From the NCBI GenBank assembly GCA_963730185.1, contig CAVSQW010000006.1, forward strand, positions 224,001 through 288,000: 64,000 bases of DNA. Direction: 5' to 3'. Under the pieces are notes generated by a model. It saw nothing but the letters and a program-made list of their open reading frames with translations. It made no database searches and was not told the DNA's origin. Position numbers and translations under genes: made by a program. Positions 18,618-28,214 of the stretch are shown in pieces. Positions within the stretch are counted from its first letter, which is position 1, and each line of letters starts with the position of its first letter. Origin of the DNA: an uncultured Gemmatimonadales bacterium (GTDB lineage Bacteria; Gemmatimonadota; Gemmatimonadetes; Gemmatimonadales; GWC2-71-9).

Positions 18618-18652
18618 ACACAGAGAGTACACAGACAATGCATATCCGTCAA
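18617..18652 (-). promoter_or_regulatory. vapBC promoter with direct-repeat operator
   Basis: TTGACG-N17-TACTCT-N6-ATG. TACACAGA occurs twice (18617 and 18628). Confidence 0.7.
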
Positions 18653-18659
18653 TCCGCCG

Positions 18660-21600
18660 CTAGGGAACCAGCCCCCGCCTCCCGACGTAGATCGGCGTGA
18701 TCCCCCGCTCCCGCATCAGGGCGTTCAGCGCCGCCACGTCGCGATCCTGCATCGCGCGCCACTCGGCCAACCGGGCGTCGAGCTGACCTCGAAGCTGCTC
18801 GAACACCGTCACGTCCTGCGCGGTCGGCGCGTCGTTCGATCCCGCGACCGACCCCTCGAGGCTCACCAGCTTGGCGTTGAGCTGGATCGGGTAGTTCATG
18901 AAGAGCCACTTGGCCGCCTTGGCCCGGTACTGGAAGAACCGGACCGAGAGCGAGTCGGCCCGGGCGTCGAGCACCTTGGCTGAATCGACTACCGCCCGCA
19001 TGGTGGAGTCGGCGCCGAGCCGGTCGGAGATCCCCTTGAGCTGCTGACGCAGCCCGGCGATCTGGTTGAACGCGTTGTGGTCGTCGGCCAGGGCTTGGTT
19101 CAGCTTCTTCATCAGGTCGAGCTGCTGGGCCAGAGCGGCCGGGCTGGTCTGGAGCCGAGGGTCGAGCGTCACCGTGAGCGGCTGGGTGTAGGCGTGGCCG
19201 TTCACCGTCAGGCGGACGGTGTAGCGTCCCGGCAGGACGGTCGGCGTCATCGGCCGGCCGGCCTCGAAGATCGGCCCGCCCGGCACTTGGAGCGGCGGCG
19301 GCGGGGCATAGCCCAAGTCCCAGACGAACCGGTTGCCGCCGGCCTTGGCGCTCAGCCGGCGGCCGCGCTCCTCCGAGGTGTCGCTCGAGAACCGGTTGAC
19401 CACCTCACCGCTCGCGTCCAACACCTCGAGGCTGATCGGCTCGGTCGGCGCAGCTTTGAGGTAGTAGTCGACCAGCGCGCCGCCCGGCGCGTTCTTCCCC
19501 GCGGTGGGGTCGTCCCCGAACCCGCTGCCACCCAGCGACGACCGCATCGCCGGGGCCGGCGCGAACAAGTAGGCTTCGGCGCCGGCGACGGTGCTCGTGG
19601 CCTGGCGGAGCGCGGCGATGCCGTCGAGGATCCAGAACCCTCGGCCGTGGGTGGCCAGGACCAGGTCGTTGCCATGCACCACCAGGTCGCGGATCGAGGT
19701 GGGCGGCAGGTTGAGCCGGAGCGACTGCCAGTGGTCGCCGTCGTCGAACGAGACGAACACGCCCTTCTCGGTGCCGGCGTAGAGCATCCGGGACCGGACC
19801 GGATCTTCCCGAATGACGTACGCCGAACCCTCGACGCCGGCGCCGATGGAGGTCCAGGTCTTGCCGCCGTCGTGGGTCCGGAGGAGGTAGGGCGCGTCGT
19901 CGCCCAGCAGGTGGGCGTTGGCGGCGGCGTAAGCGGTGCCGGCGTCGCGCGACGAGGCCTCGATCAGCTCGACGTGCGCCCAAGCCGGCATCGCCTTCGG
20001 CGTAACGTCGGTCCAGTGCACCCCTCGGTCGCGGGTCAGGTGGATCAACCCGTCGTCGGTCCCGACCCAAATCAAGTCCTTGGCGACCGGCGACGGCGCG
20101 ATGGTATAGATCACGTCGTAGTACTCGGCGCCCACGTTGTCGAGCGTGATCGGTCCGCCGGAGAGCTGCTGCTTGGCCTTGTCGTTCCGGGTCAGGTCGG
20201 GACTGAGCTTGGTCCAGCTTCGCCCGCCGTCGGTGGTCTCGAGGAGATACTGGGACCCGGTGTAGAGCGTGTAGGGGCGATGGGGATCGAACGCCGAGGG
20301 TGCGGTCCAGCTGAAGCGCAGGGGGACGGTCTCGGCGGCGTAGCCTTCGGTGTTCTCGGGCCAGGGCGTCACGTCCTGGGCCTCTCCGGTCGCCCGGTTC
20401 CAGCGGGTGAGCGAGCCGAAGTACGACCCCGCGAACACGGTGTCGGGCGCGCCGGGCACCGGCAGGACGTACCCGCTCTCGCCGCCGGCCACGTCGTACC
20501 AGTCCTGGTCGGTGATCGCGCCCCGGTTGGTGGCGCTGGCGATGGAGTAGGTGCCGCGATCCTGCTGGGCGCCGTAGACCCGGTACGGCACCTGATCGTC
20601 CGTCGCGACGTGGTAGATCTGGGCGGTCGGCTGGTTGGACTCGGTGCTCCAGTGCGCCCCGCCGTCCATCGAGATCGTGGCCCCGCCGTCGTTCCCCTCA
20701 ATCATCCGCTCGGGGGCGGTGGGGTCGATCCAGAGCGCGTGGTTGTCGACGTGGGGCGGGTTGAGCCGGGTGATACTGGCGCCGCCGTCGGTCGACCGGT
20801 ACATGAAGAAGTTGAGGAGGTAGACCGTGGTAGGAGCGACCGGGTCGGCCTTGACCTGGAAGTAGTACCAGGGCCGCTGCCGGATGTTCTGGTCGTCGTT
20901 GACGAGCTTCCAGCTGTCGCCGCCGTCGTCCGAGCGGTAGAGGCCGCCGGCCTTGGCGTTGATCAGGGCGTACACGTGTCGTCCGTCCGCGCCGACCGAC
21001 ACGGCGGTCCGCCCCCAGAGCCCGCCGGGCAGCCCGTGTCCCTCGAGCTTGCGCCAGGTGACACCGCCGTCGCGCGACTGGTAGAAGCCGCTCCCCGCCC
21101 CGCCGTCGACCAGCGACCAGGGCGTCCGCCGAACTTGCCACATCGCGGCGTACACGATTCGGGCGTTGGTCGGATCCATCGCCAGATCGATCGCCCCGGT
21201 ACTGTCGTTGACGTACAGGGTCCGCTGCCAGGTGGTACCGCCGTCGGTGGAGCGGTAGACGCCGCGTCCCTCGTTCGGCGCGAAGACATGGCCGAGCGCC
21301 GCGACGAGGAGCACGTCCGGGTTCCGCGGGTCGACGACGATCCGACCGATCTGGTGGGAGTCGTCCAGACCGACGTGGGTCCAGGTCCGGCCGGCGTCGG
21401 TGGACCGGTAGACGCCATCGCCGCTCGCGATGTCGGTCCGCGGGTCGGGCTCGCCGGTGCCGGCGTAGATCACGTTCGGGTCGGAGGGCGCGATGGCCAG
21501 GGCGCCGATGGTGCCGACCGTTCGGACCCTTCCAGCTCGATTCCCAGGTCTGGCCGGCGTCGACCGTCTTCCAGACGCCGCCGTTGACTGCCCCGAAGAA

Positions 21601-21804
21601 GAAGGTGGACGGGTTGGCGGCGATGCCGGCCACGGCCTCCACCCGGCCGCCCTGAAACGGTCCGACATGGCGCCACGTCAGGGCGCCGTAGAGCGCAGCC
21701 GGGACCTGCTGCGCCTGGGCAGGACCTGAGCCGACCAGTTGAGCCACCCCCGCCAGCAGAGCGATCGTGACGTTCCGCGTGACTCGCCAATGACTACGAT
21801 TCAT
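18660..21804 (-). CDS. Secreted VPS10/BNR-repeat beta-propeller (glycosyl hydrolase-like) protein, frameshift near 21520
   Basis: Signal peptide, many SxDGGxTW Asp-box repeats, THGRGFWILD and a helical C-terminus. Confidence 0.85.
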
Positions 21805-21975
21805 GGTTCGCTTCCCGAGTCGATTCTCGGTCCTCTCGGTGGCGGGCGCGTCGATGGATGCGCGGACGCGCCGCGGAGGACCGGCTTGTGAGACAACGAT
21901 CCGACACGACGGCCCGCCTCGCAACCCGCTCGGTGGCGTTCCTGGTGCCGAGACGGCTGCCGAGGGCCGGATCGG

Positions 21976-22737
21976 TCAGCCAGAGGGGGGACCGGGTGCC
22001 TCACCCTCGAGGGAGAGTAACCAGCCCAGCCGGATGGTGTCGTGCAACGAGTGGGCGATGACGAGGCGCCAAAGGTTCCGCCCCCCGACCACGTAGGTCA
22101 CTCCATAGATCAGGCCGACCAGGATCCCGGTGATGACCGTCCCGGGGCCATGCTGGAAATGGAGCAGACCGAACAAAAGGGCCGTGGCACCCACGGCGGC
22201 GTACCAGGCCGCCTGGCTACCGCCGAGGCCGAGCGCCACCCGGCTCATCAGGAAGCCGCGAACGCTCAGCTCCTCGGTGAGGCCGACCAACGCGATGGTG
22301 TTGATCAGCAGCATCGCGATGGCCAGCCGGTGGCCCCGCAAGGCCCGGTAGCGCGACGGCGGCCACGCCCCGCCCCAGAGTGAGGGCAGCCGGGCCACCA
22401 GCTCGGCCACGAGCAGGGTCGCCGCGGTCAGGGCGAGCACGCTGAGCAGGAACCGGCCCGTTCGCTCGGGCCACACGCAGGCCGAGGCCGGACCAGGTCT
22501 CACCCCGCCGGGACAGGAGCCAGGTAAGGATCGGAAGCTGGATCGCCGGCGTGAGGAGCTCGGTCGCCCAGACCCGATAGTCGGCAAAAGGCACCCGGCG
22601 GAGGTCGATCCCGAGCCCCTTGGACAAGACGAGTGCCTTGACCAGAGATGGGAGGAAGAGGCAACGACCCAACCTGCCAGATCGAAGATCGTCTGGCCGG
22701 GGCCCAGAGGGAGCGGCGCCACCGGGCTCGCGAGCAC
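21976..22737 (-). CDS. CPBP (CAAX/Abi) intramembrane metalloprotease, frameshifted; start uncertain
   Basis: EELSVRG, FGLLH and HSLHD motifs with hydrophobic segments. The N-terminal part is split over frames. Confidence 0.7.
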   Translation of the reverse strand: MLASPVAPLPLGPGQTIFDLAGWVVASSSHLWSRHSSCPRGSGSTSAGCLLPTIGSGRPSSSRRRSSFRSLPGSCPGGVRPGPASACVWPERTGRFLLSVLALTAATLLVAELVARLPSLWGGAWPPSRYRALRGHRLAIAMLLINTIALVGLTEELSVRGFLMSRVALGLGGSQAAWYAAVGATALLFGLLHFQHGPGTVITGILVGLIYGVTYVVGGRNLWRLVIAHSLHDTIRLGWLLSLEGEAPGPPSG

Positions 22738-22745
22738 CGACCCGC

Positions 22746-24810
22746 TCAGGGCATCTGGCTCCGATACCGGCCCAGCCAGCCGAAGAGCGTGGTCAGCTTG
22801 GCCGCCTCGTGGCTGGGCCGCCGCCGGATCCCGTGCGGCTCGCCCGGCACCCGGACCAGCACCGCGGGCACGCCCAGCATCTTGAGCGCCTTGTAGTACT
22901 GCTCCGACTCCGACATCGGGGTCCGGTGGTCCTCCTCGCCGGTCATGATCAGGGTCGGCGTCTTGACGTTCTTCACCACCGAGAGGAGCGAGCGCTTGGC
23001 GTAGTTCTCGGGATAGTCCCACGGGAAGCCCGGGAACCAGTTGTTGACCGACGACGGCGCCATGTCGGCCGTGAGGGAGAAGCTCTCCCAGTTGATGACC
23101 GGATAGAAGGCGAGCGCCGCCTTGAACCGGTCGGTGTGGCCGATCATCCAGGCGGTCAGCACCCCGCCGCCGCTCCCGCCGGTCACGAAGAGGTTGTTCG
23201 GGTCGACGTACCCCTTGGCGAGCACCGCATCCACGCCGGAGTTCAGGTCGTAGAAGTCGTCACCCGGATAGGCGTGGTGGATCAGGTTCCCGAACTCCTC
23301 GCCGTAGCTGGTGCTGCCCCGCGGGTTGGCGTAGAGCACCACGTAGCCCGCCGCCGCCATCAGCTGCTTCTCCTCGTCGAAGCCGGTCGCCGTAGTTGGC
23401 GAAGGGCCCGCCGTGGATCTCGAGGATGAAGGGATACTTCCGCGACGGATCGAAGCCCGGCGGCTTGATGATCCAGCCCTGGATCTTCCGGCCGTCCTTG
23501 GACGACGGATACCAGATCTCCTCGACCTGCCCCAGCGTGCGGCCGGCCAGGAGGTCGGCGTTGAGGGCGGTCAGGGTCTTGACCGGCGCCCCCGGCGCAC
23601 CGCCGGTGTAGGCGAGCTCCGACGGCTGGTCGGGCGTGCTCATGGTGAAGGCCACCGCGCCGGTCGGCCCGACGTCGTAGCTCCCACCCATGTAGGCCGA
23701 GCCGTTCGCGCCCAGGTGCTCGGCCACCACCTGATAGCTGCCGTCGAGCGCGAAGCGGGCGACCTTGGTGTCGCCCTGCTGGTCGAAGCTCACGTACACC
23801 CACTTGCCGTCGGCCGACCACCGCGGGTTCCCGACGCTCTGGTCGAGCTTGGTCGAGAGCACCCGCTTGCCCGAGCCGTCTGCGTTCATGACGGAGAGCA
23901 GGGTGTTCTGGTATCCCTGCTTGTGGTCGTCGTAGCCCACCCAGGCGATCAGCTTCCCGTCGGGCGAGACGGCCGGGCTCTGATCGGGACCGAACCGGTC
24001 GGTGAGCTGCCGCATCGCCCCGGTCTTGACGGAGAAGGCGTAGAGGTCGGTCTCGCGCCAGTTGAACTCGGGCCGGTCGCCCCGGCGGGCGGGGAGGACC
24101 AGCTCGCTCCCGTCGCGGCTCCAGGTCACGTCACCGCCGATGAAGAAGAGCCCGCCGTAGTTGAAGTCGCCGCTGGTGACCTGGCGAGGGCTCCCGCCAT
24201 CGGCCGAGACCACGAAGGCGTGGATGAAGCCGGTGGGGAGCTCGCCCACGCCGTCGAACCGGAAGACCAGGCGGTCGTCGTACTTGGGCGGCGGCGCCCA
24301 CTCGGCGCCGGGTGGCGCATGGAGCGGTGTGCCCGACCACCAGTGCCGGGGTGGGCACCAGCTTGAGGAAGGCGAGCTGCGTGCCGTCCGGCGACCAGGC
24401 CGGCGACGCCGGCGGCTCGGTGACGTTGGTGACCGGATAGGTGACGCCGGTGTCCATCCAGCGGACGTAGACCTGGGGGTGGCCGCTCTGGGTCGGAGAC
24501 GTAGGCGAGCCGCTTCCCGTCCGGCGACCAGCGCCGGCGACCCGTCGTTCACCTTGCCGGTGGTGAGCGGCCGGTGCTCGCTCCCGTCCGGCTTCACGAT
24601 CCAGAGATTGGAGTAGCGCCGGTCGGTCATCACGTCGTTCCACCGCCGGACGTAGACGATCCACTGCCCGTCGGGCGAGATGGCCGGATCGGTCGCGTAC
24701 TGAAGCTGGAAGAGATCGGTCGGCTGGAGCGTCGGGGCCTGCGCCGAGACGATCGGGGCGAGGACCAGCGCGCCGAGGAGAGCGAGTGCCGCGCGGGAGA
24801 AGAGTCGCAT
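22746..24810 (-). CDS. S9 family peptidase (acylaminoacyl-peptidase-like), several frameshifts
   Basis: Signal peptide, SPDG propeller repeats, IHGGP, NPRGSTSYG, GGSGGG (Ser), GEEDHR (Asp) and EPHG (His). Confidence 0.88.
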
Positions 24811-24845
24811 GGGTTCTCTCGGTTCCGATGGGTTCGAGCGATTCG

Positions 24846-25440
24846 TCAGCGGAGCTCAGCCAGCGCCGCGAGGATCATGTCGTTGGTCGGGCGGATCTTG
24901 TAGTTGACCTCGGTGAACTTCCACTGCACCACGCCGCGCCGGTCGATCACGTAGGTGGTCGGATGGGGCCAGCCCCGGCCCGACGGGTTGAGGAGGCCGT
25001 AGCGATCGATGACCCGATGGCCGGGATCGGAGAGCATCGTGAAGGCCGGCTCCCGTCCGTCCTCCTTCGCGATCCGCTGAGCCATCAGGTCCAGGTGTTC
25101 CTGGTCGTCGATCGAGAGCGCGATGACTTCGGTCGACTGGCGCTGTTCCGGCGTCAACAGATCTCTCAGCTCGCCGAGCTGACGGGCGCAGTACGGTCAC
25201 CAGTGGCCCCGGTAGAAGACGAGGACCACGTTCTTCCGGCCCCGGAAGCTCGAGAGCGTCGACCGGCGCCAGGGCTCGGCTCATCAGGGTGAAGTCGGGG
25301 GCCGGGGCCCCCGGCGCCACCCGGGCCGTGTCGGTCGGAGGAAGCCCGGCACCGTCTTTCGGGCCGAGCGGCACGGGCCGCTGGGCGCCGGCGGGAACGG
25401 CCGCGAGCAGGCCCAGCATCAGCAGGGGGAGCGCGCGCAT
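24846..25440 (-). CDS. Peroxiredoxin-like (AhpC/TSA/redoxin) selenoprotein with UxxC; +1 frameshift near 25262
   Basis: APDFTL...TLSSFRGRKNVVLVFYRGHW-TGA-PYCARQL...LSDPGHRVIDRYG...HPTTYVIDRRGVV. The TGA at 25197-25199 sits at the first Cys position. Confidence 0.8.
25166..25182 (-). promoter_or_regulatory. Candidate bacterial SECIS hairpin
   Basis: UCAGCUC-GGC-GAGCUGA stem-loop starting 15 nt after the in-frame UGA, with G first in the loop. Confidence 0.65.
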
Positions 25441-25611
25441 GTCGCCTCGAGCACGGAGGATGAATTTCCGAATCTACCGCCAAACCGGGGTGCCTGGGGG
25501 GTCCTTCGCCCGGATGACGGCCCGGGACCCGGGGCAGTAGAATCCAGGCGGTGGGGGACGGCCGGCGCGGGAGGCCGGTCGCCCGCGGATCGTATTCCCC
25601 GGAGGTCACGC

Positions 25612-26142
25612 GTGCCCGATCAGACGGCAGCCGCCCTGCTGGCGAGCGCCCTGCTGCTCAGCCCCGCCGGACTCGGAGCCCAGAGCCCGGCGCGCCGCGA
25701 CTCGATCGTCGAGGTCGCGCGCTCGCTCATCGAGGGCGCCCACTACGCCGCGCTGGTCACCACGGCGCCGGACGGCTCGCCCCAGGCCCGGACCGTGGAC
25801 CCGTTCGCACCGGACTCCGCTTTCGTGGTCTGGATCGGGACCAACCCCCGGACCAGGAAGGTGGCCGAGATCCGCCGTGACCCGCGGGTGACGCTCTACT
25901 GGTTCGATCCGAAGGCGCTGGGCTACGTGACCCTGCACGGCCGGGCGCGGCTGGTGAACGATTCGGCGGAGAAGGCCCGCCGCTTCAAGCCGGCTTGGGC
26001 GGCGTTCTATCCCGATCGGGCCCGCGACTTTCTCCTGATCGAGGTTCGGCCCCGACGGATGGAGGTGGTGAGCCCGGCCCACGGCATCACCGGCGACTCG
26101 CTGACCTGGCGCCCGCCGACGGTGACCCTGCCCCGGCGTTAG
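25612..26142 (+). CDS. Pyridoxamine 5'-phosphate oxidase-like FMN-binding protein, with signal peptide
   Basis: ALVTT..GSPQART..WIGTNPRTRKVAEIRRDPRVTLY..YVTLHG. Confidence 0.75.
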   Translation: MPDQTAAALLASALLLSPAGLGAQSPARRDSIVEVARSLIEGAHYAALVTTAPDGSPQARTVDPFAPDSAFVVWIGTNPRTRKVAEIRRDPRVTLYWFDPKALGYVTLHGRARLVNDSAEKARRFKPAWAAFYPDRARDFLLIEVRPRRMEVVSPAHGITGDSLTWRPPTVTLPRR

Positions 26143-27557
26143 GCGAACAGCGGCGGCCGGCGCCGGCCGTGGCCGGTGGCCTGCTCGAACGCGTGGCCCA
26201 GCTGGAGCACCCCCCAGTCGTCCCGATGGCGGCCCACGATCTGGAGCCCCACCGGGAGCCCCTCGGCCGAAAAGCCGGCCGGCACGGAGAGCGCCGGGTT
26301 GCCGACCGTCGAGACGAACCAGCACGACTTCATCCAGTCGATGTACGTCTCCATCGTCGCGCCCGCGATGTCCGTCGGGAACTCGATCGACAGGTCGAAC
26401 GGCAGCACCTGCACGGTCGGGAGGATCAGGAAGTCGTAGCGGTCGAAGAACTCGCGGACCCGTTGATAGAGCGCCGACCGGGCCTGCTCCGCGCGGGCCA
26501 GGTCTGGGCCACCTAACGCCCTTCCCCGGTCGATCTCGTCCGCCACCGTCGCCTTGATCCGGCCGACGTGGCGGCGTCCGAGGTCGCCCAGCTTGGCCTC
26601 GAAGGCCCAAGCCCGCCAGGCCCTGAACGCCTGGTCGGCACCGCGGAAATCGGGCGCGGCCGTCTCGACGACCGCGCCCAGCGATTCGAAGACGGGACGG
26701 GCCCGGTCGACCACCGCGCGAACCTCGGGACTCCAGGGCAGGTCGAGATCGTCGGCCCACGCGATCCGAACCCCGGCCAGGTCGCGCTCGAGCGGCGCGG
26801 CGAAGCGGGCCCCGGGGTCGTCCAAGGCGATCGGCGAGCGGGGATCGGGACCCGCGATCGCCGAGAGCAAGAGCGCCAGGTCGGACACGCTCCGGGCCAT
26901 CGGGCCGTCGACCGAGAGAGTGAACCAGGCGTTGATCGACGGCCAGATCGGGACCCGCCCCGGCGAAGGACGGAGGCCGACCACGTTGCAGAAGCTGGCT
27001 GGATTGCGGAGCGAGCCGCCCATGTCGCTGCCGTCGGCCAGGGGAGTCATCCCGGTCGCCAGCGCGACCGCCGCCCCGCCGCTGCTGCCGCCGCAGGTAC
27101 GAGTCAGGTCCCAGGGATTCTTGGTGGCCCCGAAAATGGGGTTGAACGTCTGAGAGCCGGCCCCGAACTCCGGGGTGTTGGTCTTCCCGATCACCACCGC
27201 CCCGGCTCGGCGGAGCCGCTCCACCAGCAGGGAATCGCGAGTCGGGACGAAGTCCTGGAAGAGCGGTGAGCCGAAGGTGGTCCGGATGCCGGCCGTCTCC
27301 TGGAGGTCCTTCACCGCGATCGGCAATCCGTGCAACGCCCCCAGCGGCTCACCGCGAGCGCGGGCCTCGTCGAGGGCGCGGGCCTCTTCCCGGGCCCGCT
27401 CGGGCACCAGGGTCACGATCGCGTTGACCGCCGGATTGACTCGCTCGATCCGGCGGAGGTGGGCCTCGAGCACCTCGACGGCCGAGAGCGCCCCGGATCG
27501 GAGCCGGGTCGCGAGCTCGGCGGCGGGGAGGAAACAGAGATCGGTCGGGTCGGTCAT
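26139..27557 (-). CDS. Amidase signature family enzyme
   Basis: GKTNTPEFG, GGSSGGAA and GSDMGGSLRNPA motifs. Confidence 0.93.
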   Translation of the reverse strand: MTDPTDLCFLPAAELATRLRSGALSAVEVLEAHLRRIERVNPAVNAIVTLVPERAREEARALDEARARGEPLGALHGLPIAVKDLQETAGIRTTFGSPLFQDFVPTRDSLLVERLRRAGAVVIGKTNTPEFGAGSQTFNPIFGATKNPWDLTRTCGGSSGGAAVALATGMTPLADGSDMGGSLRNPASFCNVVGLRPSPGRVPIWPSINAWFTLSVDGPMARSVSDLALLLSAIAGPDPRSPIALDDPGARFAAPLERDLAGVRIAWADDLDLPWSPEVRAVVDRARPVFESLGAVVETAAPDFRGADQAFRAWRAWAFEAKLGDLGRRHVGRIKATVADEIDRGRALGGPDLARAEQARSALYQRVREFFDRYDFLILPTVQVLPFDLSIEFPTDIAGATMETYIDWMKSCWFVSTVGNPALSVPAGFSAEGLPVGLQIVGRHRDDWGVLQLGHAFEQATGHGRRRPPLFA

Positions 27558-27689
27558 CGGTTGCTCGGGCGGCGTCCGGGAGTAGGTTCTGGCAGCACGT
27601 CACTCTCGACCAGACGGACGGCAGCGATTGATATCGGTCGGGGCACGGAGCCGCAAGGCCCGCGCTCCGGAGACAGGAGTGGAGCGCCC

Positions 27690-28214
27690 ATGGAAACGAT
27701 CGGCATCGTGGCGATGTCGCTCGACGGCTGCATGACCCGACACGACCGTGAGGGGGTGAGCTTCGCGTCGTCGGGCGACCGCGAGTTCTTCCAGGCGGCG
27801 CTGGCCGAGTGCGACTGCTGCCTGATGGGGTCCCGAACCTTCGAGGGCGGTCGCGAACGGATTCTCCAGGGCATCGAGCAGGACCGGCTCCGGCTGGTGC
27901 TCACCTCGGCGCCCGGCCGCTACGCGGGATTCGCGCGGCCGGAGCGGCTCGAATTCCACACCGGCGACCTGGCCCGCACGATCGACTGGCTCCGCTCCCG
28001 GGGCTTCCGGCGCTGCGCCATCCTGGGCGGCACCGGGATCTACACCGAGGCGGTGGCCCGGGGTCTCATGAACGAGCTCTGGATCACCCTCGAGCCGGTG
28101 GCGTTCGGGACCGGCCGTCGGCTGTTCGACGGCTCCAACGACTTCCGCTTCAGCCTGAAGAGCGTCGAGCGCCTCGGCGCGAGCACCCTACTGCTCAAGT
28201 ACCGGGCCGCCTAA
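27690..28214 (+). CDS. Dihydrofolate reductase/RibD C-terminal family protein
   Basis: AMSLDG, LMGSRTF, ILGGTGIY and ELWITLEPVAFGTG motifs. Confidence 0.8.
   Translation: METIGIVAMSLDGCMTRHDREGVSFASSGDREFFQAALAECDCCLMGSRTFEGGRERILQGIEQDRLRLVLTSAPGRYAGFARPERLEFHTGDLARTIDWLRSRGFRRCAILGGTGIYTEAVARGLMNELWITLEPVAFGTGRRLFDGSNDFRFSLKSVERLGASTLLLKYRAA

Noticed and set aside
19077..21587. Long antisense and alternative-frame ORFs (also 4529-6595, 13620-15812, 40456-42744, 60174-62444)
   Set aside because: They are Arg/Gly/Pro-rich shadows overlapping well-supported genes, as expected when stop codons are scarce at high GC.
25470..25560. Long imperfect inverted repeat (possible MITE or ncRNA)
   Set aside because: Pairing is weak for this GC level and no second copy was seen. 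Divergent -10 boxes (TAGATT/TAGAAT) explain the region adequately.
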